Of a stretch of DNA of 44,622 nt, positions 1 to 11,571 are shown piece by piece; the stretch's first letter is position 1, and each line of letters begins with the position of its first letter. The translations under genes and the position numbers were made by a program. Source of the stretch: Hemiscyllium ocellatum. Lineage: Eukaryota. The notes below the pieces were generated by a model. It had not been told where the DNA came from. It saw nothing but the letters and a program-made list of their open reading frames with translations, and did not search any database. Location of the stretch: NCBI RefSeq assembly GCF_020745735.1, contig NC_083409.1:20356341-20400962 (forward strand), in the 5' to 3' direction.

Positions 1-59
1 TGCTGACAATGCCACCACAGTGCTGACAATGACTCTTTTCCTGCCAGGTCAGCCCTGTT

Positions 60-430
60 CTATTTAAAGTTGTGTCTCCTCTGTGGACTGTCTCCAACAC
101 TCGACACACATTCTGATCTCTTGATGCTCTTGTTCAGTGGAGAGGAGAGGGTCATGTGGGTGAGGGCACAGCAGAAGCGAGCGTTGGAATCCCAGTCAGA
201 CCCAGAGAGGGTCAGCAGGCTGTTGACACTGTAGGTGCTGTCCGAAGCTCGCAGGTAGTTGCTGGTCTGAACCCCGTCCGAAATGACTGCACCGTCCTTC
301 TTCCACTGCACCTCCAGCTCATCGGGATAGAAGTGATTGACAAGGCACACCAGGGTGGCAGTGCCCTTGGCATTGACCTGCTCCGGGGAGGGGGGCAGCA
401 GGGTCAGCTTGGGCTTAGAGTTCTCATGGC
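60..430 (-). CDS. IGKC: Immunoglobulin light-chain constant-region exon (shark kappa/NS4 type), C-terminally extended
   Basis: A polypyrimidine acceptor (ttgtttctcttgtctttcAG, ending at 431) precedes a phase-1 exon. It translates as xHENSKPKLTLLPPSPEQVNAKGTATLVCLVNHFYPDELEVQWKKDGAVISDGVQTSNYLRASDSTYSVNSLLTLSGSDWDSNARFCCALTHMTLSSPLNKSIKRSECV+SSVGDSPQRRHNFK*. C1-set hallmarks are present: ATLVCL, FYP, conserved Trp, YS.SSLL-like strand, second Cys and the terminal ECV cysteine. The kappa assignment is from recall of nurse-shark NS4. Confidence 0.92.
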
Positions 431-574
431 CTGAAAGACAAGAGAAACAATTTTAATCCCTCCCACTCGAATGGATTTCAACTCTCCAAACATTAACTGG
501 TAAAACAATCCATTTGAACATTTGTAGCTAATACCTAACAAACCCAACAAAGGGACAGGCATTGTTCAAATTGC

Positions 575-660
575 TTCTTGGGATGTCAGTGTCACTGGCA
601 GGACCATCATTTGTTACCCATCCCTAACTGCCCCAGAGACAGTGATGATGAAAGTGAAGA
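575..660 (-). mobile_element. Short 3' fragment of a CR1/L2-clade LINE (same family as ~29190 and ~37300)
   Basis: gtcactggcaggaccatcatttgttacccatccctaactgcccc resembles gtctgagccagtctttattgattatccttagttgcccttgaga (~29226) and actggctggccagcatttattgccccttcc (~37311). Confidence 0.45.
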
Positions 661-1134
661 GACAGTTTTTAGACCATTGTTTATGGAATGAATGTGGGCA
701 GCTGGAAGGGCAATCAATGGGACAGCATTTCAGTGACAGTGATCAGAACTCAGTGAGATTGATCGGAGGGATGGAAATGGAGAACCGTGGAGCAAGTGTA
801 AATGTTTTCATTTGGGAATGAACCATTTTACTGAACTGTGCAGTGATTTGATAAAACTGACTGGAATCAGCGACTTGACTGGAACTCAGCGTCAGGGCAG
901 TGGGGGGCCTCCAAGGACGAGACAGAGATTGCTCAGAGGAGGAAGGGTGGGGATGTACAAATCTAGACTCTCAGCCTGGGATGTCAAAAGACAGCCAGAG
1001 TAGGGAAGGCCAAACAGGGAATGTGATGTTGGTTATCTGGAGATCAAACCTGCAGAAAGCTGAGAGGAGGATAGAAAATGCAGGGGTGAAATTGAACAGG
1101 ACCTGAGGAAAGCAAAGAGCTGACAGGATGAATT

Positions 1135-1750
1135 GGAATAACAGAATTTATAGTACAGAAGGAGGCTTTTCAACACATCATGCCTGTGCTGGATCCAGAA
1201 AGAGCTATCCAGCTAGTCCCATTCTCCAGTCCGATCTCTGTTGCTCTCTAACTTCATCAATTTCAAATATACACATTGAAACCTCCAACAGAATGCACCT
1301 CCACCATCCTGTCAGGGAGCATGTTCCAAGTCCGAACAACTCTCTTCGTAAAGGCATTCCTCCTCATCTCACTCCACCTGTCTTGCTAACCATCTTGAAA
1401 TTGTTACCCATAGTTACAGAGATACCAACTCATGGTAATGGAATATTCTCCTTAATCCTGTCAAAAATTGTTCAAAACAGTGAACAACTCTATAAGATCA
1501 CCTCTTAACCTTCTCTGCTCAGTTGAGAATAAGCCCAATCTTTCTCAGCTTTCCCTGTATCGAAAACCACTCATTCCTGGTATCATTCCAATAAAACTCC
1601 TTTGAATTCTCTCCAGGGTTTTAATATTGTTCTTTAAATAAGGTGCTCAGAACTGAACACAATCCTCAAATCTGGTCTGATCAGTGATTTATCGAGGTGT
1701 AGCATCCCTTCCTTGCTTTATACTCTGTGCTGTATTTTAAAACCTAAGGA
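1135..1750 (-). mobile_element. CR1 LINE 3' fragment
   Basis: Reverse-complement CR1 RT C-terminus and 3' UTR motifs, e.g. ggtgctcagaactgaacacaat and atttatagtacagaaggaggc tail region. Confidence 0.7.
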
Positions 1751-1849
1751 TTTATAACTAAAGCTTATAACTAAGCTTATAACTAAAAATACAATAAGAG
1801 GTTAGAAGATGAAATATGAAGAATAGCCAGCTCGTAGTATAAAAGAGGA

Positions 1850-3525
1850 TTGCAAGTTTTTTTTGGAGAAATATAAAAGCTTAGAGGAAGGCAAGACTGG
1901 ATGTTGGACTGCTGGAAAATGAGGCTGGAGAGGTACTAATGGGGAACAAAGAAATCACAGAGGATCTGACTTTACATCAGTCATCATGGTGGAAGACACC
2001 AGTAGTATACCAGGACTTAAAGAGATTCAGGGGCAGAGATGAGAGTAATGGTTATCACTGAGGAGAAGGTGCTGGAGATGCTGAAAGTTCTGAGATGGAT
2101 AGATCAGCCGGATTGGATCGACTACACCCCAGAGATTGAAAGTGATAGCTGAGCAGATTGTGGAGCTATTGATGGTGATCTTTCAGGAATCACTGGAGTC
2201 AGGGAGAGTCCAAGAGGACTGTCAAATGGCTAATGTAACTCTCCTGTTTAGGAAAGGAGGGAGGCAGAAGATGGGAAATTATAGACTGGTTAGTCTGACC
2301 TCAGTCTTCAGTAAGATTGTAGACTTCAGCTTAAGGATGAGATTGCAGGGGAGTTGGAAGTGCATGGTCAAATCGGGCTGTGTCAGCATGGCTTCATCAA
2401 TGTGAGGCCTGACAAATCTGTTCGAATTCTTAAAGGAAGGAATGAACAAGTGAGATAAAGGAGAACCAGTGGACGTGATCTATTTGGATATACAGACAGC
2501 CTTTGACAAGGCGCTGCACAGGAGGCTACTAAAAAAGAGGAGAGGCCATTATGTTAGGGACAAGGTCCTGGCATAGATAGAAGATTGGCCGCCTGGCAGA
2601 AGGCAGAGAGTGGGATAAAAGGATCTTTTCCAGGATGGAAACCGGTGACTAGTGTGGTTCTGCAAAGGAACATGCTGGGACTACAGCTATTCACCAAAAA
2701 TGAATGATTCATTAATGATCTGGATGAAGGATCTGAGGGCATTGTTGCTCAATCTGCAGGTAACCCAAAGGTAAGTGGAGGGACAGGTCGTGTTGAGGAA
2801 GTGGAGAAGCTGAAGAAGGAGTTGATCAGGCTCAGAGAGTGGACAAAGTAGTGGCAGATGGAATACAGTGTGGGAAAGTGTGAGCTTATGCACTTTAGTA
2901 GGAAGGATAAAGGCATAGACTGTTTTCTAAATGGGGAAAGGATTCAGAAATCTGAATCACAAAGGGACTGAGGAGTCATAATCAGGATTTTGTTAACGTT
3001 ACCATGTTGGTTCAGTTGGCAGTTAGGAGCACAAATGCAATGTCAGCATTCATTTCAAGAAGGCTAGAACACAAGAAAAGAGATGAACTGCTGATGTGTA
3101 TGAGGCTCTGGTCAGAACACAATTCATGTATTGTGATCAGTTTTGGGCCCTGTATATAAGGAAGAATGTGCAGGCATTGGAGGGTGTACAGAAGAGTTTT
3201 ACAAGAATGATCTTGGGATGAAGGGCTTAACGTATGAGGAACAGTTGAGGACTCAATGGAGTTTAGAAGAATGAGGGGAATCTCATTGAAACTTACAGAA
3301 TGCTGAGAGACCTGTCTAGAGTGGACACGGAGAAGTTGTTTCCAACAGGGGAAGAGACCAGGACACGACGGCACAGCCTCAGAATGAAGGGAAGACCCTT
3401 TTGAACTGAGACAAGGAGGAATTCCTTCCACCATAGGGTTGTGAATCTGTGGAACTCACTGCTGCAGAAGGCTCTGGAGGCCATTGAGTGTACTTCATAC
3501 AGAGATAGCTAGGTCCTGAATGCTT
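1850..3525 (+). mobile_element. Decayed CR1 LINE ORF2 (reverse transcriptase) fragment
   Basis: ORF 2136-2405 reads ANVTLLFRKGGRQKMGNYRLVSLTSV, the CR1 RT PGNYRPVSLTS motif. Downstream DLDEG and 3' segments carry many frameshifts. Confidence 0.9.
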
Positions 3526-3529
3526 CCCA

Positions 3530-4640
3530 CTATGAGAGCAGCAAGTGTGGTCAGTGACAGCAGTTGGAGCTCCTGGTTTTAGAGCTTGAGCAGCAGCTGG
3601 TGCCAGTCCGTGAGGCTGAGAGCTCCGTGGAAAGCACGCTCTCGATGTGGTCACTCTGCAGCTTCAGAGTATGCAGAGACAGAGGGAATGGGGGAGCAGC
3701 AGACAGTCCAAAAGGATCAGGCAGCTAGTACAGGAATCCCCTGAGTGTATCCCACTGTCCAACCAGGATTCAGTTTGTATTCCTGGTGAGAATGATGGTT
3801 CATCTGGAGAGTGTAGCCAGAGCCAAGTCCATGGCATCACAGGGGGTGCAGCTATACAGGGGGGCACAAGGAAGACTGGGAGATTGATAGTGAGAGGAGA
3901 TTTGAGAGAAAGGGAAATCGATAGATGTTTCTGCAGCTGCAGATGGGAATCCAGGATGGTGTGTTGTCTCCCTGGTGCCAGGGTCAATGATGTCACTGAG
4001 TGGCTGCAGAGCACCCTGATGGGAGAAGGGGAACAGGCAACAGTCATGATCCACATCGGTCCCAGTGACAGAGGGAGAAAAGGAATGTGCTCTTGCAGTC
4101 AGAATTTCAGGAGCTCAGGAGGGAATTAGCAGAAGGAACTAAAACATAGGAATCTTTGGATTACACCCAGTGCTCCACACAAGTAAGAATAGAAACACAA
4201 GAAGACTGTGGAGCTGGAAAGAGGATCCAGGAGGGAAGGCTGCAGATTATTGAGACATTGGGTGTGGGTCTGGGGAAGGTGGACCTGGACGGACCACTCA
4301 GCGCTGTTCCTAACCAGAGCTGGGACTGAGTTCCTTTGGGGTGATTTACTAGTGTTGTTGGAGAGGGTTTAAACTAACTTGGTAGGGCTGTGGGAACCAG
4401 GGGGGAATATCAGCGAGGAACACCAAGGTCCATGGAATCCTCAGAGTAGTCAATAAGTCACCATCCAATGGGAAGGACGTGGAGGAATACAAAAACAAGG
4501 AATTTACAGAGACCTGAAAATGTGAGAGTTGTTATAATGTGTGGGTAGGAGGGTGGGATTTCATTTCAGTACATAGATTGGGATCGTAGCAGAGTAATGG
4601 GTAGCGAAGGGCCAGAGTTGTGAGAGTGTGTTCAGATGAA
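3530..4640 (+). mobile_element. CR1 LINE ORF1 (SGNH esterase-like) and start of ORF2 endonuclease, decayed
   Basis: ORF 3647-4129 contains GRLIVRGD...SRMVCCLPGARVNDV...VMIHIGPSD, the CR1 ORF1 esterase signature (same as 40815-41384). Confidence 0.85.
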
Positions 4641-4659
4641 TTTTCAGGTGGCAACGTGG

Positions 4660-5442
4660 ACAGTGAAGAAGGCTGTCTCAGAGTAAAATGGGATCTTGAC
4701 CAACTGGGCCAGTGGGCTGAGGAATGGCAGATGGAGTTTAATTCAGATAAATGTGAGTGCTGTATTTTGGTAAGACACAGGTGATGGGTGAGATCCGAAA
4801 CAAATATTTCAGGTCAATATTTACTGCAGAGAAGGGCATGAAATATCGGGATTTTGGAAAAATAGTGATGTCTTAAAAAGAATCCACATACAAATGAGGA
4901 GATGTTGAAGGTCTTAAAACATATAAAGGCAGATAAATCCCAAGAACCTGATCAGGTGTATCCCAGAACATTGTGGGAAATGAGGTAAGAGATTGTTGGG
5001 CCCCTTGCTGAGATATTTTCAACATCGACAAGCAGAGGTAAGGTACTGGAGAACCGGAGAGGTTGGCTGGTGTTAACGCCATTATTTCAGAAAGCCTGTA
5101 AGGAAAAGTCAGGGAACTATAGACCAGTGAGCCTGATGTCAGTACTTGGTAAGATGTTGGAGTGGATTCTGAGGGACAGGATTTATATCCATTGTGGTTT
5201 TGTGCATGGGAAATTGTGTCTCCCTAATTTGATTGAGGCGGTGACAAAGAAGATTGATGAAGGCAGAACAGTAGATGTTGTCTATACAGACTTCAGTAAA
5301 GTGTTTGACAAGGTTCCACATGATAGACTGGTTTGTAAGGTTAGACCACATGGGATCCAGGGGGAGCAAGCCATTCGGGTAAAAAGTTGGGTTGAAGATA
5401 GGAAACAGAGAGTGGTGGGAAAGAGTTGCTTTTCAGACTGGA
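4660..5442 (+). mobile_element. CR1 ORF2 RT fragment, left half of a host element split by the insertion at 5443-8793
   Basis: ORF 5070-5453 reads GNYRPVSLMSVLGKMLE...VDVVYTDFSKVFDKVPHDRL...RKQRVV. Confidence 0.9.
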
Positions 5443-8400
5443 TAGAGAGATAGATAGAACAATACCATGCAGAACAGGCCCTTTGGCCCTCAATGTTGCA
5501 CCGAACCAATCTAAGCTCATCCTCTACACTATCCCATCATCATCCATATACTTATCCAAGGATTGTTTAAAACTCCCTAATGTAACTGAGTCAGCTACAT
5601 CAGCAGGCAGGACATTCCAACTCCTTACTACTGTCTGAGTAAAGAATCTGCCTCTGACATCTGTTTTAAATCTTTCACACCTCAATTTATAGTTATGCCC
5701 ATCATATAACTTGACATCATCATCCTCGGAAAAAGACTTTCACTGTCTACCCTATCTAACCCTCTGATTATCTTGTATGTCTCTTTCAAATCCCCTCTAA
5801 GGATTCTTCTTGCCAATGAGATTAGACCCAAGTCTCTCTGCCTTTCCCCAGAAGACCTTCCCTCCAGACAAGGCAACATCCTGGTAAATCTCCTCTGCGC
5901 CTTTTCCAATGCTTCCACATCCTTCCTGTAATGAGGCGACCAGAACTGTATACAATATTCTGAGTGCGGCTGCACTAACGTTGTGTATAGTTGCAGCATG
6001 ACATTATGGTTCTGGAACTCAATCCCTCTACCAATAAAACTCAACACACACTCTGCCTTCTTAACAGCACTATCAACCTGTGCAGCAACTTTCAGGGATC
6101 TATATAAATGGACTCCAAGATTCCTCTATATATCTGCACTACCAAGAATCTTTCCATTGACCCAGTACTCTGCCTTCCTGATATTCTTCCCAAAGTGAAT
6201 CACCTCACATTAAGCTGCATTGAACTCCATTTGCCACCTCTCAGCCCAATTTTGCAGTTTATCCAAGACCACCTGCAACATGCAAAATTCTTCAACAATG
6301 TCCACCACTCCACCGACTTTAATGTCACCTGCAAACTTACTAACCCATCCACCTGTGCCTGCATCCAAGTCATTTATAAAAAATGACTAACAGCAGTGGT
6401 CCCAAAACAGATCCTCATGGTACACCATTAGTAACCGGACTACAGGCTGAATATTTTCTGTCAACCACCACTCGCTGCCATCTTTCAGGAAGCCAGTTTC
6501 TAATCCAAACTGCTAAATCACTCTCAATCCCAAGCCTCTACATTTTCTCCAACAGCCTACCATGTGGAACATGATCAAAGGCTTTACTGAAGTCAATGTA
6601 TATCACGTCAACTGCTCTACCTTCATCGACATGCTTGGTCACCTTCTCAAAAACCTCAATGAGGTTTGTGACATGACCTGCACACGACAAAACCATGTTG
6701 ATTATCTGAAATCAAATTGTTGCTTGCTAGATGATTATAAATCCTATCTCATATAATCCTTTCCAAAACTTTTCCTACTATAGATGTACGACTTGCTGGT
6801 CTATAATTACCTGGGTCATCTCTAGTGCCGTTCATGAACAAGGGCACAATGTTTGTAATCCTCCAGTCTTCTGGTCCTAAACCTGTAGACAATGATGATT
6901 CAAAGATCAAAGCCATAGGCTTCACTGTCTCCTCCTTAGCTCCCCAGAGAATCCTCGGGTAAATCCCATCTGGCCCAGGCGACTTATCTATTTTCACTCC
7001 ATCTGGAATACATAACACCTCTTCCCTAACCTTGATCCTTTCTAGTCTAATATCTTGTATCTCATTCTTCTCCTCTACAATATTCTCCTTTTCCTGAGTG
7101 AAAACCAACGAGAAATATTGATTTAGCACCTCTCCAATCTCCACAGGGCCCATACACAACTTCCCACTTCTGTCTTTGACTGGCCCTATTCCTATCCTAG
7201 TTTATTCCTCACATACCTATAGAAAACTTGAGGGTTCTCCTTTATTCTACCTGCTAAAGATTGCTCATGCCCTCTCTTTGCTTTTCTTAACTCTCTCTTT
7301 AAATCCTCCCTAGCTAATCTGTAACTCTCCATCACCTCATCTGAACCATCTTGTCTCATCGTCAAAGAAGCCTCCTTCTTCCATTTAACAAGAGACGCAA
7401 TTTCTGTATAAACCATGGTTCCCTTACTTTATCAGTAACTCCCTGCCTGACAGGGATATACCTATCATGGATCCACAATATCTATTTGATAAACCAGCTC
7501 CACATTTTGATTGGCCCCATTTTGTTACTCCATTCTGTGTATCCTACGTCTTGTCTCATCGCTTGTCCCATTGATTACTCTTGCCCTGTGACATGTATCT
7601 ATCCCTTTCCTTTCCTAAATGTAACTGAATTAAGGTCGCTCTCTCCAAAGTACTCACCCACAACTAAATCAATCACCTGGCCTGGTTCATTACTAAGCAC
7701 CAGATCCAGTGTGGCCGCCCCTCTTGTCAGCCCTTTGACATACTGTGTCAGGAAGCCTTCCTGCATGCATTCGACAAAAATGATCCATCCGACATTCTAG
7801 ATTTATAGCCTTTCCAGTCAATGTTGGGGAAATTCAAGTCCCCCATAATGACCACCCTGTTCCTTTCGCTCCTACCCAGAATCATTCTGCCAATCCTCTC
7901 CTCCAACCCCTTGGAACTCTGCGGAGGCTAATAAAAATATCTTCCAGCAGTGTGACCTCTCCTCCACTCAGCCCATACTACCTCAGTAGACGAGTCCTCG
8001 TTAAAAGTTCTTTCAGCCAACATTATACTATCTTTGACTAACAAAGCCACATCTCCCCCTCTTTTTCCGCCTTGCCTGTTTTTAATGAAAGATATGAACT
8101 CTGGAACTTGCAACATTCCTCACCCTGTTCTCTCCATGTCTCCGAAATGGCCACAACATCGAAGTCCCAAGTACCTAACCATGCTGCAAGTTCACCTAAC
8201 TTCTGGCGTTGAAGTAGACACACTTCAAACTAGCTTGCTATCTGCCAGCACTTTCTTGTGACCATGAAATCCTGTCCATGCCTTCCCTACTCTCATCCTC
8301 CTGTGCACTGGAACAACATCTCCGGTTCTAATCCCCCTGCTGTGCTAGTTTAAACCCACCCAAATAGCACCAGCAAAATTTTCCACACAGGATATTAGTA

Positions 8401-8793
8401 CCCCTCTGGTTCAAGTGAAGACTTTCCAGTTTGTACAAGTCCCACCTTCTCCAGAATGGACCCCTATTATCCATGTACCTGAAACCTTCCTCCTGCACCA
8501 ACCTTGCAACCACATGTTCAACTGATATCTCTCCCTATTCCTTGCCTCGCTATCACATGACCCAGACAACAACCAGAGAAAGCAAGTCTGTTTGCTTTAA
8601 CACTCAGCTTCCTCCCTAGCTCCCTGAAATCCTGCCTTTCATCCCAATCCCTCTATCTACCTATGTCATTGGTTCCTATGTGAAGCATGACTTGGGATTG
8701 GGCACCCTCTCCCTTCAGGACCCCAAAGATACTATGCAAGACATCATGGATCCTGGCATCTGGGAGGCAACACACCAACTGTGAGTCTCATTC
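5443..8793 (-). mobile_element. Long CR1 (HER1-like) LINE: end of ORF1, endonuclease, RT and 3' tail; internally deleted and decayed
   Basis: Minus-strand ORFs 8328-8513 (ORF1 end), 7928-8223 (endonuclease, DVVAISETW), 6749-7159 (KSPGPDGIYPR...PGNYRP) and 5682-6047 (HYRKDVEALEK). A microsatellite-like tail lies at 5443-5460. Confidence 0.93.
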
Positions 8794-9778
8794 TCAGTGG
8801 AGATCTGTGAATAGCTGTGTGCCACAAGGACTGGTACTTGGCCCACTGCTTTTCGTCATTTAAGTAAATGATTTGGGTGTGTACATAGGACTAATGTTAA
8901 GTTTGTAAATGACACCAAAATTGGTGGGACAGTGGATAGTGAAGAAGATTATCTCAGGGTACAGAGGGACCTTAATCTCATGGGGCAATGGGCAGAGGAG
9001 TGGCAAATGGAGTTCAGTTTAGACAATTATGAGATGTTGCATTTTGGAAAGGCAAACCAGGGCAGGACTTGTACAGTTCATGGTAAGGCCCTGTGGAGTG
9101 TTGCTAAAAAAAAGAGACCTAGGGGCGCAGGCGCAGGTGCATTATTCCTTGAAAGTGGAGTCTCAAGTAAATAGGGTGATGACAAAGGTGTTGGGTACAC
9201 TTGCCTTTATTGGTTACTGCACTGAGTTTAAGAGTTAGAACATCACGTTGCAGCTGTACCAGAGATTGGTGAGGCCACTTTGGGAATAATGTGAACAATT
9301 CTGATCATCCTGCGATAGGAAGGATGGTGCTAAACTTATAAAGTTTTAGAAAAGATTTACAAAAACGTGAGCAGGAACTGGAGGGTTTGAGCTGTCGGGA
9401 GAGGCTGAATAGACTGGGACTATTTCCCCTGTAGCATCTAAGGCCAAGGGGTGACCTTATAGATGTTTATAAAATCATGAGGGGCATGGACAGAGTGTAT
9501 ATCCAAAGTCTTTTCCTTAGGAAGGGCAGTCCAAAACAAAAGGGGTAACTTGTCACATAGAGGGTGGTGCGTGTCTGGATTGAGCTGCCAGAGAAAATGT
9601 TGGAGGCAGATACAATTACAGCATTTAAAACACATTGGGATGGGTACATGAATAGGAAGGGTTTCGAGAGATGTCAGCCAAATGCTGGCAAATGTAATGA
9701 GCTCATTTAGGATATCTGGTTAGCATGCAAAAGTTGGACCGAAAGGTCTGTTTTCACACTGTATGACTCCATGACTAC
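8794..9778 (+). mobile_element. CR1 ORF2 RT C-terminus and 3' UTR, right half of the host element
   Basis: The sequence resumes with gtgtgccacaagga...ggcccactgcttttcgtcattt ([12 protein letters not shown]). ORF 8932-9174 reads QRDLNLMGQWAEEWQMEF. It ends in a tatgactccatgacta tail. Confidence 0.88.
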
Positions 9779-9899
9779 GAGAGGCTGGAAAAGCTGAGGC
9801 TTTTTGCCCTGAAGAGGAAGGTTTTGAAGAGTGACCTTTTAGAAGTTTAGAAAATTGTGAGTGACATAGATAATGTGAAGAAGTCAGGAAGGACGTGAA

Positions 9900-10145
9900 T
9901 GTTTTGTAGAGATGGCAGATATATTCCCAAAGATCCTTCCAATGATGAGGAACATCAGTTATGGAGACTGATTGGAGAATTTGGGACTGTCTTCTTTGGA
10001 GAAGGCTGAGAAGAGATTTATTTGAGGAACTCAAAATCAGGAAGGGCCTGGACAGACTAAATAGGGAGAAAATGCTCCCACTTGAGAAAGGATTGAAACC
10101 GAGAGACCACAGATTGAAAGTAATTGGGAAAAGTAACAAAGTGAG
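9900..10145 (+). mobile_element. Short CR1 ORF2 C-terminal fragment
   Basis: RRLRRDLFEELKIRKGLDRLNREKMLPL...HRLKV. Confidence 0.65.
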
Positions 10146-10487
10146 ATGGGGAATAATATAATGTGTAAATTAAATTCTTGTGGCACGAGACACCAACAAA
10201 ACAATCTAGTGTTCATGTCCTGAAACCTTTACAAAAATATCAAAGGATTGCAGTCAATATATATAATGATTTCTGATGCATTGTTTGCAACGTACACATT
10301 AAAGTGTTGTAAAGCCATTACCAAAGTCAACAACTCTTTTTGAATGGTGGAATTTTTTTTTCTCTGGTGATTATTGTGTTTTTTTGGAAAAGTAACCAAC
10401 TTACCTTTCAATTCCACGCTAAAATTTTCTGAAACTCTTAAACATCACCATTGTGTCGCTTGTGTCAATGGTGTTTCAGAAGATTTG

Positions 10488-10704
10488 AGTAAAAAGTGAG
10501 GTCTGCAGATGCTGGAGATCAGAGCTGAAAATGTGTTGCTGGTTAAAGCACAGCAGGTCAGGCAGCATCCAAGGAACAGGAAATTCGACGTTTCGGGCCA
10601 GAGCCCTGATTCCTGATGAAGGGCTCTGGCCCGAAACGTCGAATTTCCTGTTCCTTGGATGCTGCCTGACCTGCTGTGCTTTAACCAGCAACACATTTTC
10701 AGCT
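10488..10704 (+). mobile_element. Non-autonomous Penelope-terminus element: perfect 85-bp inverted repeat with 13-bp TSD
   Basis: Arms 10523-10607 and 10620-10704 are exact reverse complements around a 12-nt loop. The flanking duplication ttcagaagatttg lies at 10475-10487 and 10705-10717. The right arm matches the Penelope 3' end at 14752-14815. Confidence 0.88.
10608..10645 (+). ncRNA. Minimal type I hammerhead ribozyme (Penelope-associated)
   Basis: Structure: AUUC (stem I) - CUGAUGA - extra A - GGGC/UCUG/GCCC (stem II) - GAAA - palindromic ACGU stem III - C17 at 10640 - GAAU (stem I partner). Confidence 0.8.
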
Positions 10705-11571
10705 TTCAGAAGATTTGGCATGGCTAATACTGAAGTGGTGATTAACTGTTTTTAAATTCTCAAATACCTCCTGGCATTGTTCAGTCCACTGAACTTTTGT
10801 GTTATTTTTCTGCAAATCTGTGAACAGTGCCACTCCGCTACTAAAGTTTGGTATACATTTTCTGTGGAATCCAATGAGTCCTAAACATCGTAGCACATCC
10901 AACTTCAAGGATGGTCTTGGAAATTCTTTGATAACCTTCACCTTCACGTTCCTTAGCGTCATTCATCTGTGTCCAATGTTGTGACCTAAGAATGTCATTT
11001 CTGCCTTTGCAAACTTAGTTTTTGGCAAGTTGATCACCCGACTTCATCTTCCGTAGTCTCTCAAAGAGCTCTGCCAAATTCACCATGTGTTTTTTCGACA
11101 AATGACTAAAGATCACTAAATCATCTATGTCGACAGCACAATTAGTCATCCTGTAACAACTCTGTTCACAAGCCTTTGAAAAATGGCTGGTGCATTTTTC
11201 ATTCCAAAGAGCATTATGCTAAATTGGTAGAGCCCATTGGGGTTACAGAAACAGAAACTTCTTTTGCTTTCTATGACAATGGTACTTGCCAGGAACCGTG
11301 AAGTCCAACTCTGTGATGTAAGTGGCTTGTTCCACATTTTCCACGCAATCCTACTGCCTTGGATTAGAGCATGAATCAGATTTGGTCACAGTGTTGCATT
11401 TCTGATAATCCATGCGGAATCATTGAGTACTATCAGGCTTTAGAACCAACATGATTGGCAAACGCCATTCACTTTGACTTGACTCTATGCTGTCTTCTTG
11501 GAGCATCGCTTCCACTTCCATCTGAAATATACTGCCTTGAAAGGATTAAGTCTATAGGCGTGTTTTTATCA

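Larger units (their letters stand above)
10170..11500 (-). mobile_element. Decayed Ty3/Gypsy pol fragment (RT and RNase H)
   Basis: Minus-strand ORFs read GLYQFSIMLFGMKNAPAIFQRLVN (RT), IKEFPRP...LGLIGFHRKCIPNFS...WTEQCQEVFENLK (connection) and STIQKELLTLVMALQHF...IYIDCNPL (RNase H). Confidence 0.9.

Noticed and set aside
1-31. CACAGTG at 17-23 between two tgctgacaatg copies, as a possible RSS
   Set aside because: No nonamer at 12 or 23 spacing, and it lies in the 3' UTR of the C exon. It is just an 11-bp direct repeat.
156-434. Plus-strand 92-aa ORF
   Set aside because: Antisense shadow of the Ig C exon.
700-1110. Possible old L2 fragment on the minus strand
   Set aside because: Resemblance is too weak to support by eye.
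10445-10755. Mirror-image ORFs MCCWLKHSRSGSIQGTGNSTF on both strands
   Set aside because: Artefact of the perfect inverted repeat.
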